DNA of 64,000 nucleotides from Planctomycetota bacterium (GTDB taxonomy: Bacteria; Planctomycetota; GCA-002687715; CAIWVZ01), in assembly GCA_044222185.1 (NCBI GenBank), contig JBGANV010000001.1, forward strand, positions 416,001-480,000. The letters run 5' to 3'. Shown here piece by piece: positions 58,666 to 64,000 of this stretch. The position numbers and the translations under genes are program-made. The notes under the pieces were generated by a model, which did not search any database, was not told where the DNA came from, and worked only from the letters and a program-made list of their open reading frames with translations. Position 1 is the stretch's first letter, and every line of letters begins with the position of its first letter.

Positions 58666-59679
58666 GTGGGCAAAAAGTTACCAGCGTGGTTTGCGGCGAT
58701 CAAGCTGCCATCGCGTGCCACGCACCCGCGGAGGCGTTCGCTTCGGCCGGCATCGGCCATCCTCCTCGGAGTGGTCGGTTTGGCGGGATGCGGGGAAAAC
58801 GCCCCACGAATCGACCTCGTCGCGCACCAGGCCTTCGCGCCCGACGCCCTTCGCACGGTGCCGTCTCCGACGCTCCACTTTTCCGACGCGATTCCTCCTG
58901 ACGCGCCTCGGACGATCGTCTGTGTCATCCCGAGCATGACCGAGGTCGTGTTCGCGCTCGGGCTCGGGGACCGCCTCGCCGCTCGGTCGGACTTCTGCGA
59001 CTGGCCCCCCGAGTGCGAGACCCGGCCGGCGCTCGGCAACCAGCAGACCTTGAGCCTGGAACGGGCCGCCGACTTCCGACCCGACCTCGTGATCTGGTGG
59101 GCCCACCTCCCGGATCAGGTGAAGCTCCTTCGCGAGACCTTCCGGCTCACGGTCGTGACGCCCGGCACCGAGAACCGGACCGAGACGCTCGACGGCATCC
59201 GGACCGTCGCGCGGGCCTGTGGCGTCCCCGGCCGGGGCGACGCCCTGGTTTCGCACATCCAGACGGGGCTGGACGACGCTCGGCGCCATTTCGCGGGAGC
59301 CGGGGCCGTGAGAGCCCTCGTGGTGCTCGACCATAGTGACGTCCTCTACGTTCCCGGCCGAACGTCCTTCCTACAGGACCTGTTCGACATCGTCGGGGCG
59401 ACGAACGTCGCAGCCGGGTTGGAAGGCGGCACGTGGCCGACGGTCGGATTCGAGCGGGTCCTGGAATGGGATCCTGACGTGATCGTCGACCTGTCGATCG
59501 GAGATGGGGCAGGGAACGCCGTCAAGCAGGCGGCGGCGTTCTGGGAGCGGCACCCGGAGGTCCGGGCCGTACGAAGCTCTGCCGTCCATTTCGTCAGTGC
59601 CGGCGTCCTCGTGCGGCCGGGTCCACGACTTCCGGCGGTGGCCGAGGCGTTCGGTCGTATCGTGCACCATGCTCATTGA
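58666..59679 (+). CDS. ABC substrate-binding lipoprotein, BtuF/iron-siderophore (helical backbone) family
   Basis: Lipobox LAGC; PSMTEVVFALG, SDFCDWP, PDLVI, WDPDVI, RPGPRL. True start uncertain. Confidence 0.88.
   Translation: MGKKLPAWFAAIKLPSRATHPRRRSLRPASAILLGVVGLAGCGENAPRIDLVAHQAFAPDALRTVPSPTLHFSDAIPPDAPRTIVCVIPSMTEVVFALGLGDRLAARSDFCDWPPECETRPALGNQQTLSLERAADFRPDLVIWWAHLPDQVKLLRETFRLTVVTPGTENRTETLDGIRTVARACGVPGRGDALVSHIQTGLDDARRHFAGAGAVRALVVLDHSDVLYVPGRTSFLQDLFDIVGATNVAAGLEGGTWPTVGFERVLEWDPDVIVDLSIGDGAGNAVKQAAAFWERHPEVRAVRSSAVHFVSAGVLVRPGPRLPAVAEAFGRIVHHAH
58675..58703 (-). promoter_or_regulatory. sigma70-type promoter for tRNA-Ala (and probably rpmG)
   Basis: Minus strand TTGATC-17 nt-TAACTT with extended TG, 13 nt before the tRNA. 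Confidence 0.7.
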
Positions 59680-60679
59680 GCGCCCGCTCACGACACCCAG
59701 GCGCGTCATCCGCTGCGTCGCGCTCGGCCTGTTTTCCGTCGCGCTCGCGCTCGCGGTCGCGCTCCTCGTCGGCCAGACGCGCATCGACGTCGGGCGCCTC
59801 CTCCGGTTCGACCCGGCTGATCTGGAATACCAGAAGGTCTGGGGCTATCGGCTGCCCCGGGCGGTCGCAGCATTGATCGTCGGCGGAGCGCTCGGGGTTG
59901 GCGGCGTCGTGTTCCAGGCGTTGATCCGCAATCCGCTCGCCTCGCCGTACGTGCTCGGCGTCTCGACCGGCGGTTCGCTCGGTGCCGTTCTCGCCGTGAC
60001 GGCCGGCGTGGCCTGGACCGGGCCGGCCGCGTTTGCGGGTGCCGTCGGCGCGGTCGTGCTCGTCTGGACGGTCGCGCGTTCCGAGGGCCGTGTCGCTCCG
60101 GTCACCCTCCTTCTGGCCGGCGTGATCGTGAACGCGTTCTTCTCCGCCGCGATCATGTTCGTGAACCTGATGGCGGCACCGACCGACCAGAACCGGATCC
60201 TGCGTTGGTTGATCGGGGGACTGCACGACCAGTACGGGTGGGATGCGCTCGCCCAGGCCGGGGGGACCGTCGTCCTCGCGACGGGGCTTCTCTTCGTGAT
60301 GTCGCGGCAGTTGAACCTGCTGTCCATCTCCGAATCGACCGGCGAACGGGCCGGGCTGGACGTACCCCGCGTGCGCACGGTCCTCTTTCTCCTCGGCTCG
60401 TTGCTGACGGCGGTCGCCGTCTCGATCTCGGGTCCCATCGCGTTCGTCGGCCTGATCGTGCCGCACGTGCTTCGGCTGCTCGCCGGTCCGGACCACCGTG
60501 TCCTCGTTCCTCTGGCAGCGCTCGTCGGTGGGAGCTTCCTCGTGCTGGTCGACGTCCTCGGCCAGACCGTCTATCGCACTCCGCTTCCCGCGGGAGTCAT
60601 CACCGCCTTCGTCGGAGGTCCCCTCTTCCTCTATCTCTTGCGTCGCCGCGACCGGGCGAGGGCGGGCCTCCATGGGTGA
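59669..60679 (+). CDS. ABC permease, BtuC/FecCD family
   Basis: YRLPR, QALIRNPLASPYVLGVS, LLLAGV, GPIAFVGLIVPH, GGPLFLYLL. Confidence 0.93.
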   Translation: MLIERPLTTPRRVIRCVALGLFSVALALAVALLVGQTRIDVGRLLRFDPADLEYQKVWGYRLPRAVAALIVGGALGVGGVVFQALIRNPLASPYVLGVSTGGSLGAVLAVTAGVAWTGPAAFAGAVGAVVLVWTVARSEGRVAPVTLLLAGVIVNAFFSAAIMFVNLMAAPTDQNRILRWLIGGLHDQYGWDALAQAGGTVVLATGLLFVMSRQLNLLSISESTGERAGLDVPRVRTVLFLLGSLLTAVAVSISGPIAFVGLIVPHVLRLLAGPDHRVLVPLAALVGGSFLVLVDVLGQTVYRTPLPAGVITAFVGGPLFLYLLRRRDRARAGLHG

Positions 60680-61466
60680 CGTGCTCACTGCCCGAGACTT
60701 GCGATTCCGGTACAGGGGTGGCCCGCCCGTACTCTGCGGCGTCGAGCTCGCGGTTGCGCCTCACGAACTCGTCGTCGTGATCGGCCCCAACGGCTGTGGA
60801 AAATCCACGCTCCTGCGTGTCTGCTCCGGCCTCGAGAAGGCCGAGAGCGGCAGCGTCCGGGTCGAAGGCTCCGATCTCGGCGCACTCTCCGCCCGGCAGC
60901 GCGCGATGACCATCGGATACCTGCCGCAGTCCGACACGATCGACGTCCCGTTCACGGTTTTCGAACTCGTCCTCATGAGCCGCTTCGCGCTTCAGGGGTG
61001 GTGGCCGTTCGAGGGCCAGGCCGACCTCTCGGCGGCCGAGGCCGCACTGCGGCGAGCCGGGGTCCACGCGTTCTCCGATCGGCTCCCCCAGGAGATCTCG
61101 GGCGGAGAGCGGCAGCGCGTCCAACTCGCGCGGACGCTCGTGAACGAGCCCAAACTGCTCTTGCTGGACGAGCCCGCGGCAAGCCTGGATCCGCGCTACC
61201 AGCTCGAAACCTACGAACTGGTCCGCGCGCTCTGCACGGAGCAGCCATGCGGCGCCGTCGTCGTGTCCCACGACTTGAACCTTGCAGCCATGTACGCCGA
61301 TCGCGTCGTCGTCATGAAGGATGGCCGCGTCGCGGCGGTCGGCCGCCCCGAGGAGGTCGTCACACCGAGCGTCCTCGAGCCCGTCTACGAAGCGACCTTC
61401 GACGAGGCGGTGGGCGTCGGCGGCCGCCGCCTGCTCGCGCCCAGGCGGTCACCCCGAGCGCTCTGA
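60672..61466 (+). CDS. ABC ATP-binding protein, BtuD/FecE family
   Basis: GPNGCGKST, ISGGERQR, LLDEP, SHDLNLA. Confidence 0.93.
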   Translation: MGDVLTARDLRFRYRGGPPVLCGVELAVAPHELVVVIGPNGCGKSTLLRVCSGLEKAESGSVRVEGSDLGALSARQRAMTIGYLPQSDTIDVPFTVFELVLMSRFALQGWWPFEGQADLSAAEAALRRAGVHAFSDRLPQEISGGERQRVQLARTLVNEPKLLLLDEPAASLDPRYQLETYELVRALCTEQPCGAVVVSHDLNLAAMYADRVVVMKDGRVAAVGRPEEVVTPSVLEPVYEATFDEAVGVGGRRLLAPRRSPRAL

Positions 61467-61562
61467 AGCGAACATCCTCTCCTCGCCGGCCGCCACGAAT
61501 CTCCGCGCGGCGCGGTTGTGGCCTGTGGTCGCGGCGGGTTTCACTACAATGCCGGTCCGACC

Positions 61563-62627
61563 ATGGACCAGCACCAACGTGATCGACGTCTGATCGCCCT
61601 CGCGGTTCTCGCCATCCTGTGCGCTGGTGTCTACGTGGTCGTCGAGCCGTTCTTCGCCGCAGTCGCCTGGGCAATCGTTCTCGTGCTCGCGACGTGGCCG
61701 CTTTATCGACGCATGCGTCGTCTCGTACCGCGCTTTCCCAGTCTCTCCGCCCTGGTGATGACGCTCTTGCTCGCGCTGTTCATCATCATCCCGGTTGGGG
61801 CGCTGTTGAAGCAGGCCGCCGAGGAACTGCAGACCGGCGTGGAAAAGACCCAGGCGTGGCTGGCGAAGCCGGACGCGGAGTTGCCGCCGTCCGTCGCCAA
61901 GATCCCGTGGATCGGTGCCGACATCGTGAAGCGCTTCAATGACGCCGCCGACAAGCGTCAGCAGGTCGCCGAGTGGTTTCGCGAGAATCGACCGGAGCTC
62001 GTCGACGTCGCGAAAGGCGTCGTCGGGAGGATCGCTGGCGGCATCTTCAAGGTCGCCATGTGCCTCTTCTGCGCGTTCTTCTTCTACCTGCACGGCGACA
62101 CGCTTGCTGCGCAGGTTCAGCGGGTGGCGATTCGCGTCGGCGGCTCGCGGTTCTCCGACCTGCTCCGGACGACGCGGGCGACCGTTCGCGCCGCGGTGTA
62201 CGGCGTGCTCTTGACCGCGCTGGCACAGGGCGCTCTCGCGGGGATCGGCTTCTTCGTCGCCGACACGCCGGTGCCGCTGCTTCTCGCGTTGTTCACGGTC
62301 GTCGCATCACTCATCCCGTTCGGACCACCGGTGATCTACCTGGGTGCGGCCGGCGCGTTGCTCGCCCAGGGTGCGCCGTGGTGGCACGCGGCACTGCTCG
62401 CAGGCTGGGGCCTGGGGATCGTCAGCAGCGCCGACAACGTGATCCGCCCCGTCTTCATCAGTCAGGCCACGCAGACGCCACTCTTGGTCGTGTTCCTCGG
62501 AGTCATCGGAGGACTCGTCGCGTTCGGCCTCATCGGAGTCGTCATCGGCCCGGTGATCCTGACGGTTGCTTCCGTGCTGTGGAAGGAGTGGGCCCAGCCC
62601 GACGAACCCGCGAGCATCGGCGGCTGA
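61563..62627 (+). CDS. AI-2E family transporter (PerM/YdiK-like)
   Basis: IPWIG, AFFFYLHG, SLIPFG, DNVIRP, GVIGGLVAFGLIGVVIGPVIL. TACAAT at 61545-61550. Confidence 0.92.
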   Translation: MDQHQRDRRLIALAVLAILCAGVYVVVEPFFAAVAWAIVLVLATWPLYRRMRRLVPRFPSLSALVMTLLLALFIIIPVGALLKQAAEELQTGVEKTQAWLAKPDAELPPSVAKIPWIGADIVKRFNDAADKRQQVAEWFRENRPELVDVAKGVVGRIAGGIFKVAMCLFCAFFFYLHGDTLAAQVQRVAIRVGGSRFSDLLRTTRATVRAAVYGVLLTALAQGALAGIGFFVADTPVPLLLALFTVVASLIPFGPPVIYLGAAGALLAQGAPWWHAALLAGWGLGIVSSADNVIRPVFISQATQTPLLVVFLGVIGGLVAFGLIGVVIGPVILTVASVLWKEWAQPDEPASIGG

Positions 62628-62634
62628 CGGCCCC

Positions 62635-64000
62635 TCAAAACGCGTCGCGCGCCGGCAAGGTTCCGAGCGTGGCGCCCGGGCGTGTGACGGACTCGCCGAG
62701 GATCCCGCGGTAGTCGATTCCGGGGAAGATGGCATCCCCGCGTTCGATGGTCGCAAGGAAGTCGGGGTCGGGCGGGGGCGCGCCGTCCAGCATGTCTTCG
62801 AGGCGCAGGAACCGGTCGACGTGGTCGCGGGCGCGCATCTCGGCGTAATGGGCCGAGGTCTGCATGGTGATGATGAACGCCCAGTCCGACGACTGCAGCA
62901 GGAGCAGCTCACGCGCCATCTGGTTCAGGATGCGCAGGTGAAGCGGCGATGGAACGACGTGACGGCGCGCGCGGTCGATCATGCGGCGCTCGAGCTCGTG
63001 CTGATGGCGCAGCACCCACGCGTTGGTTTCGTTGAGCCAGACCTCGAGGAAACCGTTCCGGCCCCACGTCGTCGATGGACTGTGAGCGAGGGAGATGGGG
63101 CCACTCGCTGCCAGGACTTCGGACGGAGTGGAGAACCGGAATGAGAGCTCGGGTCGCGCGGCGGCGTTGCGGAACAGCTGCTCGAGGAACCAGGGGCCCT
63201 CGTACCACCAGTGCCCGAAGAGCTCGCAGTCGTACGGCGCCGTGACGCAAACGCGCTCACGTATCGTCGCGGCGACCGCGCGGACGGCGTCATGGCGCGA
63301 CGTGACGAAGTGCTGCGCGTGTTCGCGGGCGCGCGCCTTCGCGACGTCGACGTCGTAGAGATCCTTTTCGTGAAGCTCCGTCTTGCCGGTGACGCGGTGA
63401 TACTTGATGCCGAGGTTGCGGCGGATCCCGTCGCTCTGGAGCCACGGCTTCACGTATTCGTACGGGCCGTCGAAACCCAGATCCCGGTAGAGCTCGCGGT
63501 AGGCCGGGTCACCTGGATACCCGACGGACGAAGACCACACCTGCCGCCCCGATGCCTGGTCGCGCCCGAAGCCCGCCACGCCGGCCGGCAGGCGGATCGG
63601 CCGCCACAGCCCCGACTTCGGGTGCGGACTCGCGCCGAGCACGCCGTGCGATTCCAGGATCACGTAGCGGACGCCCGCGTCCGCCAGCAGTCGGTCGATG
63701 CCCGGAGCGAACGCACATTCGGGAAGCCAGAAGCCCGCGGGACGTCGGCCGAAGACCTCCTCGTACAGTTCGACGCCCAGGCGGATCTGGAAGCTTCGCC
63801 CCAGATCGGTCGCGCAGAGCGGCAGCACCGCATGCGTCGCGGCCGATGCCAGGATCTCGACCCGACCGGCGGCCAGGTGTCGGCGGAACGCGCCCACGAG
63901 GTCGCCGCGCTCGCCCTCGAAGAACTCTCGCATCTGGCGGAAGCGCCCCAGGTAGTGCTTCGCGGTCTTCGAACGGAGCGGATCCGCGGCGACGCGTGTC
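62635..64000 (-). CDS. GH57-family 1,4-alpha-glucan branching enzyme (DUF1957), 5' end outside the window
   Basis: SAATHAVLP, GFWLPECAF (nucleophile Glu), PYDCELFGHWWYEG (acid/base Asp), ARELLLLQSSDWAFI. Confidence 0.93.
   Translation of the reverse strand, partial: TRVAADPLRSKTAKHYLGRFRQMREFFEGERGDLVGAFRRHLAAGRVEILASAATHAVLPLCATDLGRSFQIRLGVELYEEVFGRRPAGFWLPECAFAPGIDRLLADAGVRYVILESHGVLGASPHPKSGLWRPIRLPAGVAGFGRDQASGRQVWSSSVGYPGDPAYRELYRDLGFDGPYEYVKPWLQSDGIRRNLGIKYHRVTGKTELHEKDLYDVDVAKARAREHAQHFVTSRHDAVRAVAATIRERVCVTAPYDCELFGHWWYEGPWFLEQLFRNAAARPELSFRFSTPSEVLAASGPISLAHSPSTTWGRNGFLEVWLNETNAWVLRHQHELERRMIDRARRHVVPSPLHLRILNQMARELLLLQSSDWAFIITMQTSAHYAEMRARDHVDRFLRLEDMLDGAPPPDPDFLATIERGDAIFPGIDYRGILGESVTRPGATLGTLPARDAF

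Noticed and set aside
211-63955. Many long antisense or off-frame ORFs (e.g. 915-2924, 11118-13019, 21677-24199, 26023-28371)
   Set aside because: Expected shadow ORFs in high-GC DNA opposite well-supported genes.

Overview
Gene-dense, very GC-rich bacterial chromosomal segment. Gene content suggests a Planctomycetota genome, but that is inference and not a database result. It holds housekeeping loci (rsmA-dnaG-rpoD-zinc ribbon, ychF, RNase P RNA, prs, lgt, polA, lolC/D-like, rpmG, tRNA-Ala(GGC), cutA). Envelope and membrane genes include a PilC/GspF protein with a sensor kinase, two CNNM/CBS proteins, an OmpA/MotB lipoprotein, MscS, an NfeD-NfeD-FloA operon, a BtuF/C/D-like ABC importer, an AI-2E transporter and a Wzy_C/TPR protein. 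There are several large exported proteins (M4/M36-like and M14 peptidases, a kelch lipoprotein, a HEAT-repeat protein) and an ~1830-aa Ser/Thr kinase-ATPase-TPR-GAF-histidine kinase-receiver hybrid. No transposase, integrase, prophage or CRISPR array was seen. The main unexplained signals are: (i) a ~350-nt nested, multi-branched candidate RNA just downstream of rnpB on the same strand; (ii) a recurrent x-S-R-P peptide at the ends of exported proteins, concentrated beside a Wzy_C/O-OTase-like enzyme; (iii) a shared beta-rich C-terminal-type module in exported proteins; and (iv) several apparent pseudo-enzymes. All structure and family calls were made by eye and need computational confirmation.
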